NCBI GenBank assembly: GCA_030390025.1
Contig: CM059432.1
Span: 34,970,001-35,034,000 of the forward strand
DNA from: Squalus acanthias
Taxonomy: Eukaryota
Direction of reading: 5' to 3'
Length of the DNA stretch: 64,000 nucleotides
Shown: positions 1 to 12,990 of the stretch, in pieces
How the letters are laid out: each line of letters starts with the position of its first letter
How positions within the stretch are numbered: position 1 is the stretch's first letter
Notes under the pieces: generated by a model
The model's database searches: none
What the model saw: the letters and a program-made list of their open reading frames with translations, nothing else
What the model was told of the DNA's origin: nothing
Program-made: the position numbers and the translations under genes

Positions 1-39
1 GCGCTAACGGGAGGCGCAAAGCAACCGAATTTTTCCCCC
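1..39. mobile_element. Terminal fragment of a family A Harbinger MITE, cut by the window edge
   Basis: gcgctaacgggaggcgc...gaatttttccccc followed by tat matches the end of the 37848-38741 copy. Confidence 0.75.
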
Positions 40-999
40 TATATGTGCACCTGAGAGTGCAGATGTGGCTTCGGTTTAACATCTCATGTGAAAGACAGCA
101 CCTGTGACAGTGCAGCACTCCCTCAGTACTGCATTGAAGTGTCTGTCTATATTATGTGCTCAAGTCTCTGGAATGGTTCCTGAATCCACGACCTTCTGAC
201 ACAAGAGGCGAGAGTGCTACCACTGAACCAAGGCTGAATGGGCTGATGGACCATAGTTTAGACATCTTTTAACTATAGTTAAGGATACACACCGCCTGAA
301 CAACAATGTAAACAATTCTCACACATAGTTATACCTTTGTTACAAAACACCTGCATTGAAGTAATCTTCAGACAGGCAAGTAAACTAGGCCCCAGTCAGA
401 AAAGCGCCAGATTTGTGGTGCTAAGCAGTAAATACCAGCAGGTCTCAGGTTCAACCCTTGGCCTATATTGAGTGAGCTGATGTTAACCTGGGGCAACAAG
501 GGACACGCAGGAGATTTGACAAATATTGAGGAGAACTGTATAGGATTTAACAAATAGATAGGCAATCAAGTACTGAGGACAAATGGGTTCTATTTAAAAC
601 CATTCTCAAACAGAATGATGCCATGTATGTCCCAATGGTTAAAAGAAGGGCACATGGCAAAACAAACCCATTATGGTTGACAAGGCATGTGAAGAGGCAA
701 ATCAGATTAAAACAGAAGGCATTCTACACATTTAAGGAATTTAACTCACAGGAGAACAGGGACAAGTATCACATGCAATTGAGGGAGACAAAAGCAGCCT
801 TAAAAGTACCCACGAGATCTCTGGAAAAGAAGATGGTGTGCAATTGTGGCAGTAATAGCAAATGCTCTTCCAGCCATGTCAGAAGTCCGAAGACCATTAA
901 GGGCCACTAAAGGATATTGTAGGGAAGATTCAAGCTTATTGTCAGGTTATGGCAGAGCTGCTAAATAACTATTTCACATCAATCTATAATTTACAGAAA

Positions 1000-1400
1000 A
1001 TTAAGTACTTTTGAAGTGTAGTCACTGTTGTAATGTAGAAATGCGGCAGTCAATTTGCACACAGCAAGGTCCCACAAACAGCAATGAGATAATGACCAGA
1101 TAATCTGTTTTAGTGATGTTGGTTGAGCGATAAATAGTGTCCAGGACACCATGGAGAACTCCCCTTCTCTTCTTCAAAATAGAGCCATGGGAAATTTTAC
1201 GTTCACCTGAGAGGGAAGCCAGGGCCTTGGTCTATCAGATCTCAGCTGAAAGATGGCACCTCTGACAGTTCAGCACTCCCTCAGTACTGCACTGTAGTGT
1301 CAGCCTAGATTATGTGCTCAAGTCTCCTGGCGTGGGACTATGAACCCACAACCTTCTGACTCAGAGGAAAGAGTGCTACCCACTGAGCCACAGCTGACAC
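1000..1400 (-). mobile_element. SINE of the same family (other copies at ~45-240, 5060-5305, 10890-11225, 13800-14200, 45420-45580, 59300-59580, 60840-60995)
   Basis: Reverse-complement match to the 14615-15033 core. Confidence 0.72.
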
Positions 1401-2325
1401 CTGAGAGAATATGGGGATTTGAAGAAGAACAGGGAGTTCTCCTGGTGTCCTAGCCAACATTGCTGCCACTGCCACCACAAAAAACAGATTAACTTGCCAT
1501 TCATCTCATTGCTGTCTGTGGGACCTTGCTGTGTGCAAAATGGCAGCCGCAAAGTGCTCAGAGATGTGATACAGTTCTCTGTGGATGCAGAATAAAGTTT
1601 CCTTTTACACTGTCCCATCAAGAAACCCAAGATCAGGTCAGATAGGATAAAAAAAAGCAGTAACTGATGCTCCTGGCATGGGACTTCACCCAGCAGCTGG
1701 GCATATTTGGAAATCGGGTGCACAATGCTGACAATGTTGGACCAGTTGGATCCAGATTGGCCTGAGTCTGTCTGCAAGACAAAGTTGTAAGCCCTGACTG
1801 AGCAACTGTATATAAATTCATCCTTCAACACTGGAAAACTTAAAAATAGTCCAAACATGAAGGAAACACATGTACCTGCCAACCATTGTTTCCATGAAAG
1901 CTCCATGACATTAAGTTACTGTGGCAGGATGTCAACTTCACTGGTGCTCCTCAGGAAGAGAAACCCAGAGTCAGAATACATCTGCAGGCTATTTCTGAAG
2001 GACGTGTGTGGTTGACCTTCAGAGCTCCTGGAACTACGACCCAGTAAAACATTACATCAGATTTCTTGCTGGTTGACTGGAGATGTGGGTTTGAGTGTGG
2101 GGCTGGGTGAGAGACAACAGAAACTTTCAGCTCCACAAAGATATTCCAGAACACAATAAGAAACAAAGCAGGGTTGTATTTTTTCTTAGTTATTTTTTGC
2201 TGGTAAATTTATAGTTTCTGAACTGAGTTAGCACAGGGCACAGGACACACACGATCAGTTCAAGCATCAAAAACTCCCAGGTCAGGTACACACTCTTTAT
2301 TAGATAACGAGTATAGCTCCCTTTA

Positions 2326-3690
2326 CATAGAAACATAGAAACATAGAAGATAGGAGCAGGAGTAGGCCATTCGGCCCCTCGAGCCTGCTCCGCCATTCGA
2401 TGAGATCATGGCTGATCATCTAAACTCAGTACCCTGTACCTGCCTTCTCCCCATATCCCTGATACCTTTAGCTTTAAGAAATATATCTAACTCATCCTTG
2501 AATATATTTAATGACTTCGCCTCAACTACCTTCTGTGGTAGAGAATTCCACAGGTTCACCACTCTCTGGGTGAAGAAATTCTTCCTCATTTCTGTCCGAA
2601 ATGGTTTACCCGTTATCCATAGATTATGACCCCTGGTTCTGGACTCTCCGACCATCGGGAACATTCTTCCTGCATCTAGTTTGTCCAGACCTGTCAGAAT
2701 TTTATATGTTTCGATGAGATCCCCTCTTATTCTTCTATACTCCAGTGAGTATAAGCCCAATCGACCCAATCTCTCCTCATATGTCATTCCTGCCATCCCA
2801 GGTATCAGCCTTGTGAATCTTCGCTGAACTCCTTCCATGGCAAGAACATCCTTCCTCAGATAAGGCGACCAAAACTGCACACAGTACTCAAGGTGTGGTC
2901 TCACCAAGGCCCTGTACAACTGCAGCAGGACATCCCTGTTCCTATACTCAAACCCTTTCGCTATGAAGGCCAACATACCATTTGCCTTCTTCACCGCCTG
3001 CTGCACCTGCATGCTTACTTTTAGCGATTGGTGCACAAGGACACCCAGGTCTCGTTGCACTTCCCCTTCTCCCAATCTATTGCCATTCAGATAATAGTCT
3101 GCCTTTCTGTTTTTGACACCAAAGTGGATAACCTCGCACTTATCCACGTTATATTGCATCTGCCACGCTTCTGCCCACTCACCCAACCTGTCCAGATCAT
3201 CCTGGAGTTTCTTGGTATCCTCCTCGCAGTACACACTCCCACCCAGCTTTGTGTCATCTGCAAACTTGGAGATATTACATTTAATTCCCTTATCTAGATC
3301 ATTAATGTATATTGTGAATAGCTGGGGTCCAAGGACCGATCCCTGCGGTACCCCACTAGTCACTGCTTGCCACTCGGAAAAAGACCCATTAATTCCTACT
3401 CTCTGCTTTCTGTCTGCCAACCAGTTCTCTATCCAAGTCAATACCTTGCCCCCAATCCCATGTGCCTTAACTTTACCCGCTAATCTCTTATGCGGGACCT
3501 TATCGAAAGCCTTTTGAAAGTCCAAATACACCACATCTCCTGGTTCTCCCTTATCTATTTTCCCAGTTACATCCTCAAAAAATTCCAGTAGATTAGTCAA
3601 GCACGATTTACCTTTTGTAAATCCATGTTGACTTTGTCCGATCCTGTCACTGTTTTTCAAATGCTCAGCTATTACATCCTTTATAATGGA
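2326..3690 (-). mobile_element. 5'-truncated young CR1 LINE with an open 414-aa RT/C-terminal frame; same subfamily as 20778-22614
   Basis: YLDFQKAFDKVPH, GVPQGSVLGP and KFADDTK motifs, (catagaaa)n tail, candidate TSD CTTTA (2321-2325 and 3691-3695). Confidence 0.93.
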
Positions 3691-3902
3691 CTTTAAGCTG
3701 TTATTTAAATCATTTTCGAAATTTGGGCATCACTGGCAAGATCAGCATTTCTTGCCTATACCTCGTTGCCCTGAGAAGGTGATGGTGGGCCTTCCCTTTG
3801 AACCACTGCAGTTCGTGTGGTGATAGTGTTCCCATGATCGTGTTAGGTAGGGAATCCATTATTCTATAGAAAAAATATCGGAACTCCACATCAAGACTCA
3901 TT

Positions 3903-4676
3903 GGGCTAGAAAATCGGCTCCTTTGCGCTTGCTGTTAGTGCCTCCGGGGGCGCTAATGGAGCGCAAAGGGCTTATCGCCTGTGGGGGGTGAAAAAAGCGC
4001 CTCCCGAGAAATTCGGCGGGGCTTTGCTGAGGTGCTACCCAATAGCGCTCTGGGCCGCTGCGCCACTGACGATGACAACCCCTTAGTGCCCCACCGCAGC
4101 TCCTCACTGCCCCACGGTAGAAATTTAACTGCACACCGCGAGGCTGCCACGGGCGGTGTCAGCGCCAGCCTCGCAGGCGCGAACTGGGCCGATCACCGCT
4201 CGCGGGGCGGTATTTAAAGGGGAGGTGCGGCTGCGACCCGCGCTGCCATTTTTGTTTGGCCGACCTCCAGGTCGGCCGTCCGTGATGGGCCGTGGCATGG
4301 TCCTGGCCACCATCGCACAGCCCAGCACTGTGTCTCGGTGCCGGGCTGCGGCTGCGGCACCACACCCCCCTGGTGGCCTAGTGTGGGCCATCGGAGTCCC
4401 TGCAGAGTGCGCAGCGGCCCTCCCCTTTAACTGAAGGGGAGTGGCGTTGAAACGCGGCAGCGCTCCAGAGCCACCGGGGAGCGCTGCCGATCGCGCCCCG
4501 ACATCGCCTCGGTTATCGCCCCACCAGGAAGTGGAGTGCCCGAGATTGCGCTCCACTTCCTGTGCGGGGTGGTAAACCGAATTTAATGGCTGGGGCAGTA
4601 CTTCCACGCTGGTGCTAAATGTCTGGCCTTAACTCGGTTACTGGCCGCAAACGGGGCGTAATCGAATTTCGCGCCC
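3903..4676. mobile_element. Harbinger-type MITE, GC-rich
   Basis: Imperfect 14-bp TIR gggctagaaaatcg/cgaatttcgcgccc, TSD ATT on both sides. Confidence 0.75.
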
Positions 4677-5334
4677 ATTTTTTCTATTTATTCTTTGTAT
4701 GTGGTCGACTTTGGCAAGGCAGTATACATATATATATCCCAACCCTAGTTGCCCTGAGGGCATTAAGAATCAACCAAACATTGTGGAACTGGAGTCACAC
4801 GTAGGCCTGGACCAGGAAATGGATGGGCAATAAATGCTGGCCTTGCCAACAATGCCCACATCCTGAGAACAAACGCGACCTAATAATGAAGGCTCTGTAG
4901 TTTTTCCCAACTCCAGTGCTCCCACGTGGTGCTGCCCCTGTGGCTTCAGCATGGCTGTTGTTGTGATGAGGGCACTGGGGATATTTGTGGTGGGCAACCT
5001 CTACTAGTGTGGGGCACAAAAGGGACCGTCTGCAGACTGGTGCATTTCAGCTGCTGCCTTTGAAGAAGAGCAGAGGTGTTCTCCCAATGTCCTGGCCAAT
5101 ATATATCCCTCAACCAACTCCAGCAAAAACATATTACCTCTCCATATATCTCATTGCTGTTTATGGGACCTTGCTTTGCGCAAATTGGCTTCCGCGTTTT
5201 CCTATAAAATAACAGTGGCTACACTTCAAAAGTATTTCATTGGCTGTGATTCACTTTTGGATGTCATGAAGATGTGAAAGGTGCTAAACAAATGCAAGCT
5301 CTTTCTAAAATGGTCACGGCATCGCTAAGCATAA

Positions 5335-5516
5335 AGATTACTCATTGTGTAAATGAACAGAGTCACTGTTTATCCAGCAGGGTAAGAGTTACTGTATAAC
5401 TGTGCAAAGTTCCTGTTTATCCAGCAGGGTAAGGGTTACTCACTGTCTAACTGTGCAAAGTTCCTGTTTATTCAGCAGGGTAAGGGTTACTCACTGTGTA
5501 AGTTGCTGTTTATTCA
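5335..5516. repeat. Short tandem repeat, ~47-51 bp unit, 3-4 copies
   Basis: tgtttatccagcagggtaagggttact...aactgtgcaaagttcc is repeated. Confidence 0.7.
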
Positions 5517-5809
5517 AAAGGAGCTTGAATGTCCTATAGAAAATACATTTTAATGTCAGAATCATCAGCTGGGACTACTTTACCCCTTTGAGACGTTGTA
5601 GAAATGATTCATAATAGTGAGTGATTTTTGTGCAGAGCCAGCCTCTCAGGTACATTTGAGTCACCCTTTCCCACCTTGATGATCAATCTGAAATCATGAT
5701 GAAGGTTGGCAACCAAGATGAATAAACGATTCAATTGAATGGCAATTGGACACATTACTCATTGCAATATATTGATCTTTATTTCCTCACCATTGAGATC
5801 TGAAACATT

Positions 5810-6574
5810 GGCCCAGAAATTGGACTTCGATGGTTGCCGCGGGGGTAAGGATCCCCCGCGATATTGCACTCCGCGCCTACCTTTATGGTTTTGGCCCACA
5901 CGAACTTCAGTTCCTGGGCCTCTCCCTGGTGCCGGCGCGCAGTGTGTGCGTGTCCCAGAGGCGCAGTTAGTGCGATGCGACCTCTAGGATCACGTGGGCC
6001 AGTTAGAGCCAATGGCAGCACACCATCTTTCATTCATAGTTTTGACAGGAAGAGCTGTCAAAACTATGAATACAACAAGCCCCCAAAAGAACAGCTAAAC
6101 CTCAATTAAATTTTTTTTAAAAGCCATCACATTAATAAAATAACTATAGTTAAATAAATTAACCACTTTAAACAAAAATTTAAATTTTTGAAAAAATTTA
6201 AATTCTTTTTAAAAGTTATAAAAATAAACTTACCTTTCTTTAAAGTCTCTAAAAAAGATAAACCTGTTGAAAAAATTTAAAATAATACTTAATTAACTAC
6301 TTACCTTGTTAAAAGCGGGTCTTACGCCTGCTTTCTTCATGTGTAAAATCTTCAACACTTACCTGCGCGCTCAAACCTGAAAAAAAAACTAAGTGTGCTG
6401 TGTGCGCGCAACCTGTAGTGCGCACGCGGTTCACTTAGGAACCGCCCCCTTCGCAATACCCGAAGTGCCGGTTTCCCACGCATGCGCAGTGCATGCAGGA
6501 AACCGGCACTTCGGGACCTAATACGCGAGAGTACACAGTGCGTAATCTCTCGTATTAGGTCTAATTTTCGGGTC
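5810..6574. mobile_element. Probable Harbinger-type MITE with an AT-rich core
   Basis: Degenerate TIR ggcccagaaattgg/ctaattttcgggtc, GC-rich subtermini, imperfect TSD att/aat. Confidence 0.5.
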
Positions 6575-7585
6575 AATATCAGATGGAGATTAAGAGAGTC
6601 GCATTCACCTCCAAACTGTGCAATCCTCCCACAGTCATGAATGAAAGAAATAGCCAAACTCCTTTCAGCAGTCAATATCTCTCTGACTTCCTTTAAATTG
6701 ACATGGTGCACCCAAAATTGGTCTAGCTGTTTGCATGTGAATCAAAACATGACATTATTACCTCTGTTAGATTATTAATTACAATTTGTTCCTTAAGAGC
6801 TTGTCAAAGGGGCTAAGTGTGTAATGCATCATTCGAGATATCACCAAGGCATTCTCACAACAAATGTTAATGAAGGGCTGTGCTGAATTCATTGATTGTA
6901 GCTGAAGCAGTAGGAGTAGTACTACAACTGGCCTCAGTGGCCTCACTGCACCGTTGAGTGGATAAACTTCAGACAAATATCCCGCTCCTGATTGCTATCC
7001 AGTTAAATGAAATGTGCATATGGATAGTGGGTGAGGACGGCGTCAGGATCATGCTGAGGTTGAACTGTGATGCTCCCATGGTAAAATTGCCTGCCAATAC
7101 TGACTGTCTAGCTTTACACATGAATAACAGTCATTCATGAGGTAAAGATGGCTCTGGTGTTATTGGAACAGTACTTCAGCATGAGTCAGTGTCTTCAAAG
7201 TGACAGGTTCAATGGTTGCTATCGCTCCCTTTAAAGTGACAGGGTCAGTGGTTGCTATCTAACTTCTTCAAAGCCACAGAGTCAGATCTAATTTTCCTAT
7301 AAACACTTGGAGGGCTGAAAAATGTTTATAATTTATGTTACATCTACAGGTCAATGACCCATGTTTGTGGGTTTGATGGCTCTATCTCATTCCACCTTCT
7401 GTAAAGTTATAAATTCAACCTTTGTTTTATTGTATTGATAGTTGTCCAATTTGGATATTTTTTTATTCATAGTCGGGATATTGGAGTCACTGGCAAAGAC
7501 AGCATTTATTGCCCATCCATAGTTGCCCTTGAGAAGGTGATGGTGAGCCTTCTTCCTGAACTGCTGCAGTCCACATGGTAGCTTC

Positions 7586-7679
7586 CCTTCGATAGCTCAG
7601 CTGGTAGAGCGGAGGACTGTAGTGGTAATATCAAAGCAAAGTCATCCTTAGGTTGCAGGTTCAATTCTGGCTTGAAGGC
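7586..7679 (+). pseudogene. tRNA-Tyr(GTA) pseudogene retaining a 21-nt intron (7623-7643), fused to a CR1 3' tail
   Basis: 5' half CCTTCGATAGCTCAGCTGGTAGAGCGGAGGACTGTAG matches canonical vertebrate tRNA-Tyr, with the intron one base 3' of the anticodon. The 3' half ATCCTTAGGTTGCAGGTTCAATTCTGGCTTGAAGG carries CpG-type transitions and a T-stem mismatch. Confidence 0.9.
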
Positions 7680-8054
7680 ACTAGCGTGCTTTACTGGCAC
7701 AGACACGATGGGCCGAATGGCCTCCTTCTGTGCTGCAAATTTCTATGATTCGATATGGTGAAGGTGCTCCCACAGTGCTGTTAGGTAGGGAGTTCCAGGA
7801 TTTTGACCCAGAAATAATGATAGAACAGGGATATATTTCCATGTCAGGATGGTGTGTAACTTGGAGGGGTACTAAATGAATACTTTGGATCTGTCCTCAC
7901 AAAAGAAGAGGATGCTGCCAATTTCCCAGTAAAGGAAGAGCAGTAGAGAAATTTGATGGGATAAAGAGGAGGTACTTAAAAGGTTGACACTCTCAAAGTA
8001 GAAAAGTCACCTGGGATGCATCCTAGGTTGCTGAGGGTAGTAAGGGTGAAATAC

Positions 8055-8640
8055 TTTTGCTGAACACCCCCGTTCAGTCCGCAAGCGTGACCCTGAGATT
8101 TCGGTTGCTTGCCATTTTAATTCTCTGTCACACTCCCACTCAGACCTTTCCGTCCTCGGCCTCTTAAACTGTTCTAATGAAGCTCAACAGAAGCTTGAGG
8201 AACAGCTCCTCATCTTTCGATTAGGCACTTTACAGCCTTCCTGGCTCAACATCAAGTTCAACAATTTCAGATCATAACTTCTGCTCCCATTTTTTCGGAC
8301 AGCAGTTGCTGGTTATGATTCTGCTTTTGTCATTCTCAGCCCTTATAGACCCATCTTTTGTTTCTTTTCTTGTCTCATTACCACTCCCTTTTGCCTTGCA
8401 CCATTATCCCTTTTGTCATTTAACCATCCTATCACAGACCTTCCCTTTAGTTCTTTCCTCCCCTGCCCCCTTTCCCTGCCCCTACACTTGCTTAAAACCT
8501 GTTATATCTCCAACTTTTTCCAGTTCTGACAAAAGGTCATCGACCTGAAACGTTAACTCTGTTTCTCTCTCCACAGATGCTGCCTGACCTGCTGAGTATT
8601 TCCAGCATTTTCTGTTTTTATTTCAGATTTCCAGCATTCA
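8055..8640 (+). mobile_element. Penelope-like element 3' fragment
   Basis: Homologous to 15485-16094 (HFNS..LEEQLLIFRLGTLQPSWLNIKF*), with the same pyrimidine-rich tail. Confidence 0.78.
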
Positions 8641-9439
8641 ATTCCTTTGTGTTGAACTGAACACTCATTCGATTCAACATTGAATATAGAATCTGCTGGA
8701 ACCACTCTGGTTCGTCTAACAGCTAAACTCAATCCTAATTAGAGACTGCAACAGTTTAACACAGACCAATTATTAATGGGTACAAGAGCAGTGGAGAGAC
8801 GGAGGATGAATAGTCCCTCCGTGGGTGACAGACTTCATCCGTGCTCTATTGTACAGTTATTTCTGTGTGCAGTGAACAAGAAGACAGCACGATACAATTT
8901 AACAAACAGCTTCAGTACTTAGCCACAATTACATACAGTTTTCCATTAAATTCTGCAGGGTACAACATTGAAAGTATCGAATCAAATTCGGAAACACAAT
9001 TGCAATTTTAAAATATGACATTGTTCTGACTATAAAGAATATAGCAGGTCTCCATTGACCTACCCGGAGAAAGAATTTCATTGGTAAGTTTCATGACAGA
9101 TGTTAATTTCCTGCTTACGTATAGTGGGCAAATCGTGTTTGCATGAACGCGCCCGCTATAAGCGGTGAGGACTGTACACTGGCAGTGGTGTCCCCCATGG
9201 GTCGGTATTAAGTCTGATGCTCTTTTTGATAGATACTTACTGTCCTGTGCTTGGGTATAGGGGGCATAATGCACCGCCTGAAAGGGTGGTGGAAGCAGAT
9301 TCAATAGTAACTTTCAAAAGGGAATTGGATATATATTTCAAAAGGAAATATTTGCAGAGCTATGGGGAAAGAGCGGGGGGAGTGGCATTAATTGGATAGC
9401 TCTTTCAAAGAGCTGCTCCAAATGGCCTCCTCCTGTGTG

Positions 9440-9926
9440 TCCTAACTCGCACCAAGTCCCGTTCGCCCATCACCCCTGTGCTCGCTGACCTACATTGGCT
9501 CCCGGTTAAGCAGCGCCTCGATTTCAAAATTCTCATCCTTGTTTTCAAATCCCTCCATGGCCTCGCCCCTCCCTATCTCTGTAATCTCCTTCAGCCGCAC
9601 AACCCCTCGAGATATCTGCGCTCCTCTAATTCTGCCCTCTTGAGGATCCCTGATTATAATCGCTCAACCTTTGGTGGCCGTGCCTTCTGTTGCCTAGGCC
9701 CTAAGCTCTGGAATTTCCTGCCTAAGCCTGTCCGCCTCGCTACCTCTCTTTCCTCCTTTAAGACGCTCCTTAAAACCTAACTCTTTGACCAAGCTTTTGG
9801 TCACCTGCCCTAATTTATCCTTATGTGGATCGGTGTCAAATTTTTTTTTGACTTAAAATGCTCCTGTGCAGTGCCTTGGGACGTTTTACTGTTAAAAGCG
9901 CTATATAAATGCAAGTTGTTGTTGTA
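9440..9926 (+). mobile_element. L2 LINE 3' fragment
   Basis: LADLHWLPVKQRLDFKIL..APPYL..GGRAF..PKLWN, tail gcgctatataaatgcaagttgttgttg. Confidence 0.85.
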
Positions 9927-11499
9927 ATGTAAGATTCTCTGATTCTTGAATGTTGTTGGAGCTGCACCCATCTTGGTAAGCGTGGAGTATTCCATCAGAC
10001 TCCTGACTTGTGCTCCTACAGCCTAGAAATTCTAGATTTGCATACTACATCCTCAAAAGCACAATCTGTGCAAGAGATCACATCACCCAACCAAGAGGCC
10101 TTTCGGTAATTTCAAACACTCAGCCATTGAGATTAGGCACTCCTATTTCCACCTCCCTTCCCCAACGCTAGCAGAATTCCTACTAGGATTAGCACTTTCG
10201 GCTGCAGGAAAACCCAGGTTTCTATTTTCCCATTCACCATTATCCCTTTTGTCGTTTAACCACCCTATCACAGACCTTCCCTTTTGTTCTTTCCTCCCCC
10301 TCCCCCACTCCTTTCCCTGCCTTTCTACTTGCTTAAAATCTGTTACATCTCTAACTTTTTCCAGTCAGGATGTGGTGAATGGAAGTGGCAAGAAAAAGAT
10401 CGAATAAAGAAATGAGAACGTTATTTTACAAAAGATATGCGCGGATGCGAGTAATTTGCAGTGGCCGGAATAAACACATTAAAGCGTTAGCATGACTATT
10501 GATGCAGCCAGCAGTTGTCATTATTAAATATTGCTATCTTGTGTGGAGATAAGCTGGACTTATTCAAAGAGACAACTTTCACCTTGAGAGCCCGCAAGTT
10601 TAAATCACATTGAGTGGATTTCAAACATTTTACCAATAGATTTAGCCCAGAATGGACTTTTTTTTAAGTGAAGGTCTAAGGTCTATGACACAAGATGTCA
10701 CCAAGGTTGAGTAGAAGAGAAAGAAATTGGGAAGTCATGGTTACGTGGTACCAAATTTCGGTAGTAGGAGGACTGAAATCCTGAACCAGGTGAGAAGTTT
10801 CTCAGTTTTGACGTTCTGGGGAGCAATGAGATAAAGTAGGAGGCAGCAGGATGATTCTTGATTTGAACACTGGGGTGTAAGAGGGAGAAAAGAAAGATAG
10901 ACTTGCGTTTATATAGCACCTTTCACGATCTCAAGACATCCCAAAGTGCTTCATAGCCAATGAAATACTTTTAAAGTGTAGTCATTGTTCAAATGTAGGG
11001 AAATGCAGCAGCCAATTATACACAGCAGTGAGATAAATGACCTGTTTTAATGATGTTGGTTGAGTGATAAATGTTGGCCAGGACACCAGGAGAACTCCCC
11101 TGCTCTTCTTCAAAATAGAGCCATGGAATCTTTTATACCCCCTGAGAGGGCAGACAGGGTCTCGATTTATCATCTCATCTGAAAGATGGCACATCCAATA
11201 ACGAAGCACTCCCTCAGTACTGCACTGAAGAATACAAGAGAGACCTGGAAAAAAAGCATAGGCGCTTTTAAGCATAACAGTCAAAAATTCTTTCAGTACC
11301 ACAGCAGCGAGAGGGCAGTCAGAGAAGAGGTGAAAACCATGAAAGACATAAGTAGACTTGAAACTGAGGATGAGCACAAAATATTCTGAATGACTACTCC
11401 CTCCAGGTATTCACAAGGGAAGGAATGAACAACATGTGCTCTCCAAACAAAAATATCCCAAGTGAAATCAGTGACTTTGTTATAAATGAGATGGAAGTC

Positions 11500-12990
11500 C
11501 CAGACAGGATAATTGTTCTCAAAGCAAATATATCCCTGGGAATAGTTGGTATTTATCCCAGAGTGCTGAGAGAGAATGGGGAGGACATTTGTGAGGCACT
11601 GACAATCTTTATGAGGAAGTCATTGGATATTGCTAAGTTTCTGGAAGATTGGAAACAGGATAATGTTGTGCTCATATTCAAAAAGGGTGACAACGCAGAC
11701 ACAGGTAATTCCAAGCCCATTAGTTTTGCTTCCATTCTATGCAAAATAACAGAATTGATTATCAGGGGCAAGCTTGAAGACCATCTGTACAATATTAACC
11801 CGGTAAACATGGATTCAGAAGGGGAAGATCCAGCCGGGGAAACCTCCTCGACCTCTTTCAGGAAGTGGCAACCTAGGTGGACTGTGGGAAGCTCTATGAC
11901 ATGGTGTACCTCAACTTCCAAAGGGCCTTGACAAAGTTCCATACAAAAGGCTATTAATTAAGCTCAAGGCGTTCTGGATTCAGGGTAAATCCTGGAAATG
12001 GTTCAAGGGTAGAAAACAATGAGCGTTTGTTAGAGGAGTTACATCAGGTTGGAGAGGGGAAGTACTGAGTGGGATACTGTGAGTGGAGCTCAGTGTTGGG
12101 GCCAGTACTGTTTCTAATTGACATAAACGACCCGGATTCAGACACTCCATGCAAAGTGATCAGATTTGCAGATGATACCAAACTAGGAAACGCAGTGGAA
12201 TTGGAAGGGACTCAGAAAGAGTTGGACAAAATATGCAAGTGAGCTGAACAATGGCAGATGACATTTAATTCAGATTGATCCATCCATCCAGAGAGACATA
12301 AAGAAATATGTAAGGTGCCGCATGTATGAAGGAAAAATAGATAACATGTGTGCATGGCGTTGAAATAGCTAAGGAAGAAGCTGAAAGAGACCCAGTATAC
12401 TCAACAGTCAACATGTCCAACCAGTGCAGAGCCGCAATCAATAAAGCCAACAGGATGTTGAGTACATAGCAAGAAGAGTAGAATATAAGTCAGAGGAGGT
12501 AATGATCAAACTGTACAGGGCTCTGGTCAGACTGAACCTTGAATACTGTGTCCAGTTGTGGTCGTCAAGAAATAAGAGAGACATTCGACCTCTGGCGGCA
12601 GAGCAGAGAGGAGCCTGAGGCTGATCCATGATGTCAGGGGTCTGAGTTATGAGGAAAGACTCGAGAGACTTGGGCTTTCCAGCCTGGAAAGGGGTCGTCT
12701 GAGAGGTGGTCTTATAGAGGTTTATGAGATTGTTAAGGGTATAGAGAGTTAACCCGGAAAATTACTTTAAATTAAACCTGGGGAGTTGAACTAGTGGTCC
12801 AGGGGTCATACTAGAGAAGTGTTGTGTGAGGACTGTTATCAGGAAATACTTCACACAGAGTCAGTGATTAAAAACCCCTGGAATGATTGAAAAAACAATT
12901 GGATGCAACAATGTGGGGGGTAGGCATTTGGATCTTTCTGGATGGATGAATTAAGATGGGCCAAATGGACTTCCTCATCCGTAGCTAGCG
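11500..12990 (+). mobile_element. Old, heavily mutated CR1 ORF2 remnant
   Basis: IYPRVLRE..EDWKQDNVVLIFKKG, a degenerate FADD region and CR1 3' sequence. Confidence 0.7.

Noticed and set aside
3028..3517. Antisense ORFs over CR1 RT (also 21335-21958, 41717-42205)
   Set aside because: Shadow frames opposite LINE ORF2, with no independent evidence of coding.
3903..4676. CpG-island promoter
   Set aside because: The GC-rich block is bounded exactly by TIRs and a TSD, so it is a MITE. The same applies to GC-rich blocks at 37848, 42945 and 46520.
7586..7679. Functional tRNA-Tyr gene
   Set aside because: T-stem mismatch, CpG decay, altered discriminator, no clear T4+ terminator, and location inside a TSD-flanked insert with a LINE tail.
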